Positions 49,301 to 60,934 of a stretch of DNA of 64,000 nucleotides are shown here, piece after piece; positions within the stretch are counted from its first letter, which is position 1; each line of letters opens with the position of its first letter. Below the pieces are notes generated by a model. It worked only from the letters and a program-made list of their open reading frames with translations. It was not told where the DNA came from and made no database searches. The DNA is from Felis catus (taxonomy: Eukaryota): the NCBI RefSeq assembly GCF_018350175.1, contig NC_058372.1, positions 3,844,001 through 3,908,000 on the forward strand, written 5' to 3'. A program made the position numbers and the translations under genes.

Positions 49301-52294
49301 AATCACGAGACCGACGCTTAACCGACTGCCCCGCCCCGGTGCCCCACTGTACGTATTAGTTATAATCAAGATCCTCCCCGCGGCCCAAGATCCCAGAAAT
49401 GAGGGAAGGGAGAGCGTCCTCTGCGGGTTTAGCATCCGCACCCAAAGGAACAGGGCAGAGATCGGAAGAGACCCCCGAGAGAGGCAAAGCGGTCGGCCAG
49501 CCTGAGGGGTTCGGCCGTGTGTTGATGGATTACATAAATATTTCCATACAGGAATGCATCTCTGATCACGGGCAGCTAGTCAGCCAAGGAGGTCAATCCG
49601 GAGTGACTGTTTTCTCGGTGTTCACAAAGACTGGCCTCCGAACCTATGAGCGAACACACTCTGCTCTGTGGTCAACGTTTCAGCGTAATCAAGTTGAGGC
49701 CTTCAAACCAGGAAGGTACCGTAAGGTGTTTCAAATCTGAAACGTAGGCAAGGAGGGCTCTCACCTACACGGGCATTCCAGCCAATGACTATTGGAAAGT
49801 TGAAGGGATTGGAGATAAATGCTCACAGACGTAGACCACCACGGGCATCGAAGCATGTAACGGTTCCTTCTCTGGGTTTTATCGGGTTTTATTTGGTCTG
49901 GTTTAGGGAAAATAAATGATCATCCTGTTTTACCCATCACCCGCCGCGCCTTTGCTCTAGGGTAGAAAATAGCTTGAGATCAATGAACCCAAATTCTTAC
50001 ATTCCATTCGCTTATTTGCTTTCTTGCGAGCACCTTCTGTTTCGTACACTCCTCTTCCAGCTGCTTCAAGTTCGTCTGGGCATTCTGGAGCCTTTCCTGA
50101 AGGGAAAATGGGGTGAATAAAGTCTATTCAATGTGACAACTCTTCTTTAGGCACGTAAGAGGAACCCCAGGCCTCCCAGACTATTAGAATAACACTGGAT
50201 ATTGGGGCGCCTGGGTGGCTCAGTCGGTTGGGCGCCCGACTTCCGCTCAGGTCCTGATCTCACGGTTCGTGAGTTCGAGCCCCGCGTCGGGCTCTGTGCT
50301 GACGTCTCAGAGCCTGGAGCCCGCTTCGGATTCTGTGTCTCCCTCTCTCTCTGCCCCTGCCCCACTCGCATTCTGTCTCTGTCTCTCTCAAAAATAAATA
50401 AACATTAAAAAAATTTTTCAAGGTAGATTTTATAAAAGAATGTGCTGAACCAAACACAACCAATGCCAGAATGTCTGACGCACAGGCAACTTTGTGTGTG
50501 CTGTGCTAAGTCGGGAAGGAAAGACCAGGATGCCAGCTCAAGTTCATGGAGACAGCTAATGGAGGAGGGTAGTGCTGGTATGTTTTGAAGAGTGATAATC
50601 CACGAAGCCAGTCTGAAATGATTTAGTATCGATATCAAGCTTTTGGGTTATTTTTCAAAATAGTTTCTCACGTTTTCATGGAAAACAATTTTAAGCTGAC
50701 CCAAATTGCTAGCTGTGGCTAATACTACAAGGGTCAGCCCCTGCCTTCTGTAAACCCAGTAAGTATACTTATTAATTCTTGAGTGTTCTCAGGAAAGGGC
50801 TCTGTGAAGCTTGTCAGGAAAAGATGATATTGCCCTTTCTACCCAGGGGACCCGGGAATCTTACTCCAAACCCACCTCCACCTCATGGGAGAGGGAACCA
50901 TGAGCACCACACTGGGGACAACAATCTTCCTCTAATCTAAGCAGGACAGAGAGAGAATAAGGTGCCAGGTCTGTGCCCCTCCTTCGCTCCCCGTGGCAAA
51001 GGCCAGCCTCCCTCTACTGCTTTGGAGTGAGAAACGTAGGCGCCGCCCCAAACCTCTCCGTCCACCTCAGCCTCCGTGAACAATCATTTCCAAATCCTTC
51101 AGCTCCCCTTCCCAAATCTTGCTTGAAACTGTCCCATTTCCCCCTCCTTATGGGAATAATCTGAATTTTATCCCTTGCTATTTTTACTTTATCAGTGGCC
51201 AGACGTCCTTTTCAAAGCCAGCCTGATCCTCCGATTTGCAAATAAAAGCCCCCCCCCCCCCCCCCCCCCCCCAGTGACCAGTACTGCTCTGGGCTGGGAT
51301 TTAGACTCTGAGCTGAAGCTGCGGTTCCGGGCCCAGACCCTCCTTTCCCAGCCCATCACCCACCTTTCCCTCCATCCCACGCCCCGCTGTGCCTCTGCAC
51401 ATACGGTCCCCTCTCTCTGGAACGCCCTGCCCTCTCTTTTCTCCAGGCCTCTCTTGCTGACTGTCTTCCCTACTAGACTGTAGGACACCCGAAAGGTGGT
51501 GCATCTTTATTTCCTGTGTGTGCAGAGTGTATCACAGTGTCCCCCACTGTGGTTGCTAAAATGACACACATGGGGTGAGGCAATAAACCACGCAGGGCTG
51601 GGTTCGAGCGCGTTGCGTTCTGGAGCACGGACAAGCGCCTCACAGCAAGAATGGAGAGGGACAAGAGGGTGGCCTTCCCGCTGGAGGTCAAGATGGACAG
51701 TCAGGACTTGACTCAATGAGGACCCATAATAAACCATTTTTCACACCACGAAAGACAGGACCTGATGACGTGATGACAGCTGTAGTTCAGGGTCATTTTC
51801 TCGGGTTACAGGCCTCGTAACCTCAGGCCCGGGGGCAGCATGGGAGCGGTACTCGCCAAAGCCCCTCCGGTCCACGCGCTTACCTTGTAGCCTTGGCATA
51901 CGTCCTCGATGACAGCTGTGTCATGCCCTTTGTGCTGCGGTGACCGCTCACAGCGCCAGCAGATGAGCTGGCCTTCGTCTTCGCAGAACAGGTGGAGGAA
52001 CTCTCCGTGTTCCTCACACGACATTTCCTGGTCCATCTCCTTGATGGCTTCGATGAGATTTTCCAGGTGCTTGTTGGGCCGGACGCTGGCCATCCGAAAC
52101 GGAGCCCGGCAGTGGGGACAGGAAAACACATTGAGGGACGGCTCCTCCTGGTGTAGGTTCTTCAGGAAGTCTTTGATGCACTGTCTGCAGTAGCTGTGCC
52201 CGCAGCTGATGCTCACGGGCTCCGCCATCAGGAGCAGGCAGATGGCGCAGGTGACCTCCTCCTTCATCTTCTTGGTGACTATGGGGGAGGCCAT
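42817..52294 (-). CDS. TRIM38: E3 ligase TRIM38 (RING, B-box, coiled-coil, PRY/SPRY), six coding exons, 465 aa
   Basis: Exons 52294-51884 (411), 50096-50001 (96), 48066-47836 (231), 46592-46570 (23), 46474-46362 (113), 43340-42817 (524) sum to 1398 nt; all GT-AG and in phase; no internal stop. Confidence 0.96.
43587..43820 (+). mobile_element. MIR
   Basis: cttactagtggcgagagcttaggcaagtgatt...aagaattgtggggg. Confidence 0.6.
44236..44690 (+). mobile_element. Two head-to-tail Can-SINEs (44236-44443, 44448-44690)
   Basis: Two heads; aaaaaatattct present before, between and after. Confidence 0.95.
44941..45160 (+). mobile_element. Can-SINE (young-looking)
   Basis: TSD aaaaaggcaaataaaca. Confidence 0.97.
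45370..45720 (+). mobile_element. MLT1D/E-type LTR fragment
   Basis: tgctgccaacaacctgagtgagctt...cagcctggccaacaccttaatttgcagccttgtgaga. Confidence 0.75.
46362..46474 (-). CDS. TRIM38: TRIM38 coding exon 5
   Basis: ttctag|G AGT TCG..CAA G|gtatgt; [37 protein letters not shown]. Confidence 0.93.
46570..46592 (-). CDS. TRIM38: TRIM38 coding exon 4 (23 nt)
   Basis: ctgtag|GACGTGAAAGAGACTTTGCGCAG|gtaagt; typical 23-nt TRIM linker exon. Confidence 0.92.
47564..47780 (-). mobile_element. Can-SINE
   Basis: Reverse full element in TRIM38 intron. Confidence 0.95.
47836..48066 (-). CDS. TRIM38: TRIM38 coding exon 3 (coiled-coil, 231 nt)
   Basis: ctag|GAG AAG..CTG CAG|gtgggg; [33 protein letters not shown]...SAQKLLQ. 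Confidence 0.95.
48100..48560 (+). mobile_element. L1MB-type 3' end
   Basis: gctaagtgacataagccagacacaaaaggacaaat...aaattcatagagacagaaagt. Confidence 0.8.
49147..49345 (-). mobile_element. Can-SINE
   Basis: Reverse element. Confidence 0.9.
50001..50096 (-). CDS. TRIM38: TRIM38 coding exon 2 (96 nt)
   Basis: cttcag|GAA AGG..TGG AAT|gtaaga; [32 protein letters not shown]. Confidence 0.94.
50204..50415 (+). mobile_element. Can-SINE
   Basis: Full head and tail. Confidence 0.96.
51884..52294 (-). CDS. TRIM38: TRIM38 coding exon 1 (RING and B-box)
   Basis: gagccATGG Kozak; [47 protein letters not shown]|gtaagc; likely acceptor at 52427. Confidence 0.96.
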
Positions 52295-52478
52295 GGCTCT
52301 GCCTGACAGGCTCCAATACCGGATCGAGAGGCAGAGATGAAAATCCACAGGGATGGAAGTACACGTCACCCGAGCCTCGGCGCGGTGCCCTGCGCTGGCC
52401 TCCACGCGCCTTGGAGTCTCCTTTCTCTAGAGAAGAAACGGATTGGAATTTAGATGATACGTAAAATGTAGCTGCGTT

Positions 52479-52915
52479 GGGGGCACCTGGGTGGCTCGGT
52501 GGGTCAAGCAACCGACTTCAGCTCACGGTTCATGGGTTTGAGCCTCGTGGTGGGCTCTGTGCTGACAGCTCAGGGCCCGGAGCCTGCTTGGGATTCTGCG
52601 TCTCCCTCTCTTCTGCCTCTGTCCCACTTGCGCTCTGTCTCTCAAAAGTAAATAAACGTTAGGGGCGCCTGGGTGGCTCAGTTGGTTGGGCGTCCGACTT
52701 CGGCCCAGGTCATGATCTCAGGGTTCATGGGTTCGAGCCCCGCGTCGGGCTCTGTGCTGACAGCTCGGAGCCTGGAGCCTGGAGCCTGCTTCCGATTCTG
52801 CGTCTCCCTCTCTCTCTGCCCCTCCCCAGCATACACTCTGTCTCTCTCTCTCTCTCAAAAATAAACATTAAAAAATTTTCTTTTTAAAATAAATAAACAT
52901 TAAGAATTTTTCAAA
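52479..52915 (+). mobile_element. Two head-to-tail Can-SINEs (52479-52660, 52662-52915)
   Basis: Two heads and tails. Confidence 0.95.
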
Positions 52916-52939
52916 CAAATGTTGCTATGTTGTGCCAAA

Positions 52940-53125
52940 CAGGAGTGACTATCACGTGTGGCCGCTTACATTTACATTCGTGAAAATTAAATAAAACTTA
53001 AAAATTCAGCTTCTCAAGCAGGCCAGCCACATTTCAGTCGTTTAACAGCTGCGGTGACTGGTGGCTACACAGGAGCACATAGGCAACACTCTGTCACTGC
53101 AGAAAGTTTCCTTCCAGCAAACACT
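52940..53125. mobile_element. MER3-like hAT element
   Basis: aaattaaataaaacttaaaaattcagc...gccacatttcagtcgtttaacagc...tggtggctac. Confidence 0.65.
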
Positions 53126-53351
53126 GACAGAGGACAAGGAAGGTTTCCTGCAGCAACAGAGAAGTCAGGGAGGGAGCTTGATACTCTTTCCTGCTCTAGG
53201 AAACATCCAGAGTCACTATTCCCAGAACTATTTCTTTGGGACTGGTAGGAACACCGAGGTAACTGGGTGGTCTATGAAGGATTCCATGGAGGTCATCCAA
53301 CGTGACTCTACCCTACCCCGCTGTCACTCCCCCTCCCTCGCCCCACCCCAC

Positions 53352-53481
53352 CGCACTCAGTCCCACAAGGAACAAAAGACAGCGGGTTAATAGAGTCTCA
53401 GGGAGCCCCAACCAGGACCGATAATGAAAGTAAACAAGACAAGGAGAAGAACCCATGTGTCCTTTCCAGAGTCCTCTCAGC
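53352..53481 (-). other. TRIM38: Putative TRIM38 non-coding 5' exon
   Basis: Strong acceptor ttcttttccctcag|G at 53482; donor uncertain (GTGGGG at 53351 is one option). Confidence 0.4.
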
Positions 53482-54286
53482 CTGAGGGAAAAGAACTAGA
53501 AGGAGCTGGGAGAGGGGTTGTCGTGGGGGGCAGAGCTCCTGCAGAATTAGGGAGCGGGCTGTGTCTTCTCCAGGCCGGGGCCTGCGTCTCGGGGTGACTG
53601 GAGCAAAGGGGCTCCGCAGAAGCGGGGGTGTAGGGGGAGGCGGGAAGCAGACGGGAGGGGGGGGCGGGTAGGGGGACACCGGACGGGGAGGCGTGACCAG
53701 GAGCAGAGGGGGCGACCCCGCGCCCACCGCGGCGCGGCTGGGGACCTCGCTCCGTTCCCCACTTCCCGCTTCCGCGTGTCTGCGGGGGGCAGAGCGGCGG
53801 GGACGCCCCGAGAGCGGCCTTTCCTTTGACAGTAACATAACCGAAAACGGGGGTGCCGCTCAAGGTGCCGGGACCGTCTCTCGTAGTCACCGAGGAATTC
53901 CTCTGGGGACCTCGGCGCCCCGGCAGGGGTGGGGATGGGGTGCTCTCCGGCGGCACACGCGGGGCCCGCCCGCACGGGGGAAGGCGCTCCCCTCCCCGGC
54001 CCGCCCCCACCCCTCCCCCGACGCCACCGCCCGCCGACCCGGGAGACCACGGGCGGGAGCCGGAAAGCGGTGCCGACCGTGTGCAGGGTTCGCGCGATGC
54101 GTCGGCAGCACGCGCCCCCCCCCCCAAGCTCACTCGCACGCTCGCTCACACTCACACGCGCGCGCGCATCCCCGGCCCCCGCGCCGACGCCCTGTCCCAC
54201 CTGCTTCCCCCGCCGCGGACGCCCGCCCAGCCCGGGCCGCCGCCGCCGCCGCCTCCCGACGCCCGGTTTCGCCGACCGCGGGCTCT

Positions 54287-54298
54287 GAAACGAAACTG
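54287..54298 (-). promoter_or_regulatory. ISRE / IRF element
   Basis: Plus GAAACGAAACTG equals minus CAGTTTCGTTTC, the same core as the classic OAS-type ISRE. Confidence 0.75.
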
Positions 54299-54304
54299 CT
54301 GTGG

Positions 54305-54760
54305 GAGGCGGGCCCGGAGGTCCCGGAAGGAGGTCTGGGGCGGCGCCCGCGAGGTCCGGGAGGAAGCGGGCCGCCGAGTCCCGGGAGGAGGAGGGAGAGG
54401 GGGAAGAGGGCGGCGGAGTCCCAGGAGGAGGGGGGGGGGGAGGAGGAGGGCCGCGGGGTCCTGGGAGGAAGAGGAGGAGGAGGAGGGGGAAGGAGGAGGA
54501 GGAGAGCCGCGGGGTCTCGGGAGGAAGTGGAGGAGGAGGAGGGCCACGGAGTCCCGGGAGGAGGAGGAGGAGGAAGAGGAAGAGGAGGAGGACGAGGAGG
54601 AGGAAGAGGAGGAGGGGAAAGAGGAGGAGTGCCGCGCGGGGTCCCCGGGGGAGGAGGAGGGGAAGGATGTCCGCGGGGTCCCGGAAGCAGGAGGAGAAGG
54701 ACCGCAGGGGTCCCGAGAGGAGGAAGAGGAGGGCCGCGGGGGTCCCGGGAGGAGGGGAGT
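54305..54760. repeat. GGA-rich minisatellite, about 11 variable-length units
   Basis: Recurring gccgcggggtcccgggagga core followed by variable (GGA/GAA)n. Confidence 0.9.
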
Positions 54761-55599
54761 ATCGCCCGGATCTTAGCACAGAATACCTCTGTCACAGCCA
54801 TAAAAAGGCGGGGCAGATTAATAACCCCGTCAACTATTTCGTGACCTTAGCACCGGAGCATCTCAGCTCGAGAAGCCCGCGGAGCGTCCGTTCCCAGACT
54901 GACTCAGGTCGGTCCACGTTTGCCACCACCGGCTTTAGGATTCACCAGCCTTCGGGGCCGACGTTTGTGCCGGTTTGGGGCCGCGCACGGTTCTGTAACT
55001 GGCGAGGGGCGCGGCGGGGCGGGGTGGCGACAGCAGCGGCGTCTCTCGGGGTCACGGCGTCGGCCAAGCACGCCCCCTGCGTCTCCGTCCCGCTCGGTGT
55101 CCCATTTTCCTCCTCCGCGCCCCTGGACGGGACTCCGATGCCGCCCTTCTCCGCAGTAGGAGACGCCCTCGGGGACACAGAGCTCGCCCAGCCGCGGCCC
55201 CGCGGGTCCCAAACCGTGAAACGGGCTCCTCTCTTCCCTTCCCGGACGGGAGTCTCTCTGTGTCCTCTGGGCCCTTCACAGACACTCCCGCCCATTTGCC
55301 ACCCAGTGGCTCTTCGGGCCCCGGTGGCGCGTCTGGTGGTGGCGGGCCCCGCGCCCAGCGCGGGACGTATCTGCCCCCGAAGTAACGGGCACACGGACGG
55401 GGCTGAGGGCTGAGGTCCTGAACCCCTGGCCCCATGGCGGGTCCTTGCAGATCCCCATGACTTTCACCGCCGTGGACGTGACTGTGGACCCAGGCAGAGC
55501 TCTTCCCAAGCGGGTCCTCTCAGAGGATGCCAAAACGGAAACAAACTGCCGCTAACACAAATAACAGCAAGGCCAAAGCAACAACGCCCCGACAGAGTC

Positions 55600-55760
55600 T
55601 GTCTTGTGTGCCATACGTCTCTATGCGCGTATGTGTGGTACGCGTGCGTGTGTGACACGTGTTATGGGGCATACGATGGTGTGTGATACATGGTGTGTGT
55701 CAGTGTGATTGTGTGTGTGTGTGTGTGTGTGCTGTGCGATATGTGCATGTGTGTGTATGT
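55600..55760. repeat. Degenerate (TG)n simple repeat
   Basis: Direct reading. Confidence 0.85.
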
Positions 55761-55836
55761 GGAAGGCAGGTTAACAGGGCAAGGGTAATGCAAATATACT
55801 ATTTAACGCTCTTATTCTATAAGATAAACTGTGATT

Positions 55837-56075
55837 GGGGCCCCCCCGGGGGGCTCAGTCGGTTAAGCATCCAACTCTTGATCTGAGCTCAGATCATGAT
55901 CGTGAAATTTATGAATTCAAGCCCCGTGTTGGGCACTGTGCTGATGGTGCGGAGCCTGCTTGGGATTCTGTCTCTCTCTGCCCCTCTCCTGCTCTTACCC
56001 GCATGAGCTCTTTCTCTCTCTTTCTCTCTCTCCCTCTCTCTCTCCAAATAAATAAATAAACAGTAAAAATATTTT
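55837..56075 (+). mobile_element. Can-SINE
   Basis: Diverged head ggggcccccccggggggctcagtcgg, tail. Confidence 0.92.
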
Positions 56076-56273
56076 TAAAAAAGACGACTTGTGATTTAAT
56101 GATGTACACTCTACACTCTAAAGCAACCACTAAAATAACAAAACAAAGAATTATGGTTAACAAGCCACAAAAAGAAATAAAACAGAATCATAAAAAATAT
56201 TCAACTTGTCCAATAGAAAGTAAAAATGAGGAAAGGGAACAAAAACAGATGGGACAAAAAGATGGGTGCCAGA

Positions 56274-56510
56274 GGGGCACCTGGGTGGCTCAGTCGGTTG
56301 AGTATCCGACTTCGGCTCAGGTCATGATCTCATGGTTCGTGAGTTCGGGCCCTGAGTCGGGCTCTGTGCTGACAGCTCAGAGCCTGGAGCCCGCTTCAGA
56401 TTCTGTGTCCCCCTCCCCCGCCACTCTCCACCCCACCCCTGCTTGTGCTCTGTCTCTGTCTTTCAAAAATGAATAAACATAAAAAAAATAAAATTATGAT
56501 TACAAAAAAA
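56274..56510 (+). mobile_element. Can-SINE
   Basis: Full head and tail. Confidence 0.95.
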
Positions 56511-58339
56511 TAAAATTATCATATTTTGCATGAATTATGAGGAGAAAATATTTTCCAGGAAAATATCATAGCAACATCTCTTAATTTTGTTTCCATCTTT
56601 CCTTCCCATTTCCTGTAACCTACGTAAGGAGCGCATTATTGAAACTGACACGTATTTTCCACTGCATCTCAGCGTGTCTTTGCTTACATGTTGATCAGTA
56701 GATGGCAGTCTTGCGTTTTTGGTGTCTTAGGTCCATATGGTTTTGCCTTTAAGAAAGCAGAACTACTCCTTTGATCAATATTAAAAACCAACTGTAAATT
56801 TAATCTCGTTCTTATGGATGATTTTTAAATGGCTAACAATGACAATTGTATCCAGTCACTTTTAGTGCATTTATTTCTTCACACAATAAACATTTATTGA
56901 ACAGCTTGTCTGTGGCAGACAGTAGCCTGGACCCTGGGGAGATAGCACTTATATTAGAGATCATTTATTTCCTATAAAAGTTTCCAGAAAGCTAAAATAT
57001 GTAAAAAAAAAAAAGTATATCCAACACGCTATAACAAGGTAATAAAAAGTGTTGAAGCCAAGAGAAGAAACGACGAAGCATGCAGGTTTTGGCAGGATCT
57101 GGATCCTTCTGCAGAGTTGATAACCTCTGAGCCACAGTCTGAAGGAGAAGTGAAAGTTCACCATGGGAAGAAGGGGGCCAGAAGTTACAGAAACACTGCA
57201 TGTGAAAAGGTCAAGAGTCATTAAAAATATTCCATAATATGTGAGTACAGTGAAGTCCCAGGACCAAGAGCATGGAGTCCATGAGGAAGACTGGCCTCAA
57301 ATAAATCTGAGACCGACAGAGTGAGGCACATCTGGCAGAACTCATACCTCCTTCCTCCCCTCTCTCTGCATCTTTCCTTTACGGGATGTTTACCTGGGGG
57401 GAAAATTCACAACCACCACTGAGCCGAGGTGCTGGGGAAGGTGGAAAATGAATACGCCTGGCTTGCTCATCCATTTCTCCGGTTCCTATGACCTTCCACC
57501 TGTTTTCAACTCTGTTGCCAAGACATCTTTGGACCCCAAGGGCACTTGGCGGTGAGGTTTAAAAGTTCAACCCATCTACAAGACACCTAGCCTGTACCCT
57601 TTAAGAACTCATCGCCATGCAATTATATATAGAGAGAGAGACACAGATCTCTAACTAGATGTATTGGATGGAGACAAAGCAAATGTGGCCTGATATTAAT
57701 AATTGGTGAATCTAGGTAAAGGGTATAGGAGGATTCTTTGTATTTTATCTTGCAATCTTTCTCTAAGTTTGAAATTATTTCAAAATAAAAAGTTTTTAAA
57801 AGCCACAAGTCCCCTTGACCTTTGACCCGCATCACCAGAGGCCAGGCTCAGTAGGGACTCTGTGCCTTCTAGGCTACGAGATGAAGGGATCCTAAGGAGG
57901 AGACAGGCTGTGTGGTTCTTCCTTCTGGGCTAGGGCTCTGTCTCTCTGTCTCTGTCTCTGTCTCTGTCTCTCACACACACACTCCTCTAAACATCAACTC
58001 TCATTGTCACTCCCCCGGTCTGGTCTACACCTCTCTCTATCCCAATGGCTTTGTGTTGTGATGGCTTATCTGTTTCTTTTGCTTGCTTGTTTATTTTTGT
58101 TCTCTTTCTGCAAGAGATCTTCCAGACCAGCCTGTGTCTGGGCATGGATTTCTTTTTTCGGTTTTATCCTGTTGGGAGTTTTCCGATGACCTTGCACCTG
58201 TACATTCATGCCTTTCCTGTATTTGAGATGTTTTCAGCCAATATTGGTTCAAATATTTTGTTTTCCGCTCCGTGCTATTTCTCCTGTACTTCCGAGGCTC
58301 CGATGATCCAAACGTTAGCGCTTTTCAAAACTGCCCTAT

Positions 58340-58810
58340 GGGCTTAAAGCAAAGCATATTTATTTTTACCCGGCATCTGTGAATCAGAAGCTGAGGCATG
58401 GCCTAGGTGGGTTCTCTGCTTCCGGGTCTCACCTGACGGCAGTCTAGAAGCCGACCGAATCTGAGGTCTCATCAAAAGCATGACTGGGGAAGTAGCCACT
58501 TCCAGCGCAGATTATTAGCAAAATCCAGTTCCTTACAGCTGCAGAAGGGAAAGTTTACATTCCCTGGCAGAGGCTGCCTGCAGTTTCTTCCCAGATGGGG
58601 GTTTCCCTCATACAGCCCCGCGCTCCCTCGGAGCCAGCGAGGGAGAGACAGAGAATGCAAACCTGTTAATAAGACAGAGGCTTACTGCGATACGATTGTG
58701 AGGTGACATCCCATCACCTTTGCCATACTCCACTGGTTAGAAGCAAATCACAGGTCACATCCGTACTGAAGGACATGAGCACAGACGTGGACACGAGGAG
58801 ACCGGGATCG
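58340..58810 (-). mobile_element. MLT1-type MaLR LTR
   Basis: gcaaaatccagttccttacagctgcag...catcccatcacctttgccatactccactggttagaagcaaatcac. Confidence 0.7.
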
Positions 58811-59289
58811 CGGAGGCATCTCAGGGTCTATCACAGTGTGACGCGGGCTGTGGACCGAGCTGTGGCCTGATACGTCCGGGGCTCGGCAAGATGGAGTCCT
58901 GGGGAGGTAGGCAGGCGAATACAGGCTGTGGTTGATGGCTAGTATGTCAGCCAAGCTGCCTACAGGATCAGAGACCAGATTTACGATGGCCAGAATACGA
59001 TCACAGGGCAGGAGGCCTGGGATGCTAGGGTAAGACGTGGCATGGTTCTAGAATGCGACCCTTAAAACGCAGGTGAAGGCCACACAGAAAAAGTCCCAGA
59101 CAGTGTAAGGTAAGACCTGAGGAAAACACACAAGGAAGAGGAGAGAGAGTCAGAGACAGACAAGTGAAAACAATGAAATTGAGTTTGCACACCAAAATGT
59201 CAAAATTCATGAAGTTACATAAAGCTAAAAGACGGTGATCAGACTCAACAAATGGCATGTGACATTCCTCTAGATGCAAATAATTTAAA

Positions 59290-59489
59290 AATTTTTTTAA
59301 CATTTATTCATTTTTTGAGAGACAGAGAGCATGAGCGAGACAGGGGCAGAGAGACAGGGAGACACAGAATCCGAAGCAGGCTCCAGGCTCCGAGCTGTCA
59401 GCACACAGCCCAACACAGGGCCTGAACTCACGGACCGTGAGATCGTGAGCCGAAGTCGGACGCTCAACTGACTGAGCCACCCAGGCGCC
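59290..59489 (-). mobile_element. Can-SINE
   Basis: TSD tctagatgcaaataattt. Confidence 0.97.
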
Positions 59490-60734
59490 TCTAGATGCAA
59501 ATAATTTTAAAGCCAGATGAAGATAACTATGTTTAGGAAACAAACGCAACATTAACTTCTGCTTAAAAACACGAGGAAATTATGAAACCGAAATAGGTCA
59601 AAGTGTAATAAAAATCCACTGCTTCAAAACTTGAGAAATACTAGAAAAAATACAGGCCTCGAAAGAAGAAGACTTATTGCTGAAATAAATCCTAGACTAC
59701 CTGTTGTCCCTGGAATGAATTACAGGCAAATTTAGTGGGAGAGCGCATAAGAGCAGCTCCACACAAAGGAGCAACAGGCCGATAGCACCAGGGTCAGCAT
59801 CATTCTGGAAGCTTCACAGAAATGCAAAACCTCAGGCCCACCCCAGACCCCCTGAGAGACTCGACACTTGCAAACATTTCGTCAATTTTCACAAATTCCT
59901 CATCAAGGTAACGCATGTGCCCGTGAAATTTCGGCCGTGCCGCCTTAGGGCAGTGGAAGAACATTTTGAGGAGTTAGCTCAGAATGCAGAACAGACCAGA
60001 AAGACGAACAGGAACGTGTACAGTATAGGAAAATGCAGTTCAAGGTCAAGGATAGACGAGAGTTTCTGTATACCCGTAATAGGTCGGTTGATCAGAGCAG
60101 AAGTGTTTGAAGGTACTAGGTGAGAAGTTTTTGGAATCAAGGACACTGGTTTCTCAAATCACAAGTACACCGCGAGTCGGAGAAGGACAAACAGAAGTGA
60201 TTTATGCGAGTCCTTTGCTGCACTCGACTTTATTGTTGTGTTTCTCCATTGTCCTATCTGCTGTTTGCATAAGAAGTTGCTCCCTCCATAGACAATACGC
60301 GAGCTTTCCATGGTAGCTTTTAAGGGTCTCTCTTTCTCTTAAAATTCTAGCAAAAGCTGCTGTTGGTGCGCGAGGCTTGGTCTCTCTTTGCCTCTTCTTG
60401 CCGTTTAGGACCTGAGGCCTTGAAGGCTGTGATTACGCTGCAGGCCCAGGGAGAAGGTGAGCAAGAGGTCCACAGCCTCCTTTTCACTGCGGGGTCGGGA
60501 GATAAACTCAATCGTTGCCTTTTGCATAGGGCGCACAACACCTCCAAGCTGAAGGCCCCGTCTGAAGGCCAGTGGCCTCATAGAGATAATCCGTGTTTAT
60601 TCACTTGGAGAACCCCTTGGGAAATCTTCTTTGTGAACGAGAGGTGAATGCTAGTGCCCGCTCGAATCCTTGGGGACCTTGATCTGGAGGCCTATTTATC
60701 TTCTTTCGACCGCAGTGTCATTTTGCAGCCAGAT

Positions 60735-60934
60735 TTTTTTTTTTTTTAATGTTTTATATATCTTTGACGGAGAGCACAAGTCGGGGAGGGGCAGGGAGAG
60801 AGGTGGAGAGAGGATCCGAAGCGGGTTCTACGCTGACAGCAGTGAGCCCGATGTGGGGCTCCAACTCAGGAACCCCGAGATCACGACCCGAGCCGGAGTC
60901 AGATGCACAAGTGACTGAGCCACCCAGGTGCCCC
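60735..60934 (-). mobile_element. Can-SINE
   Basis: TSD tgcagccagattt. Confidence 0.95.

Larger units (their letters stand above)
53550..55450. promoter_or_regulatory. CpG island, probable TRIM38 promoter and first exon
   Basis: CpG-dense; (GGC)n on the minus strand at 54237-54252; candidate donors at 54200 and 54155; upstream of the coding exons. Confidence 0.75.

Noticed and set aside
53547-55413. 300-410 aa ORFs including a poly-Glu frame (53853-54776)
   Set aside because: They arise from the GGA minisatellite and CpG island, which lack stop codons; no domain or credible coding context.
60340-60650. Short peptide echoes of histones or ribosomal proteins (AVITLQ, KGND, FSLEVL)
   Set aside because: Matches point to different proteins in different frames and none extends; treated as chance.
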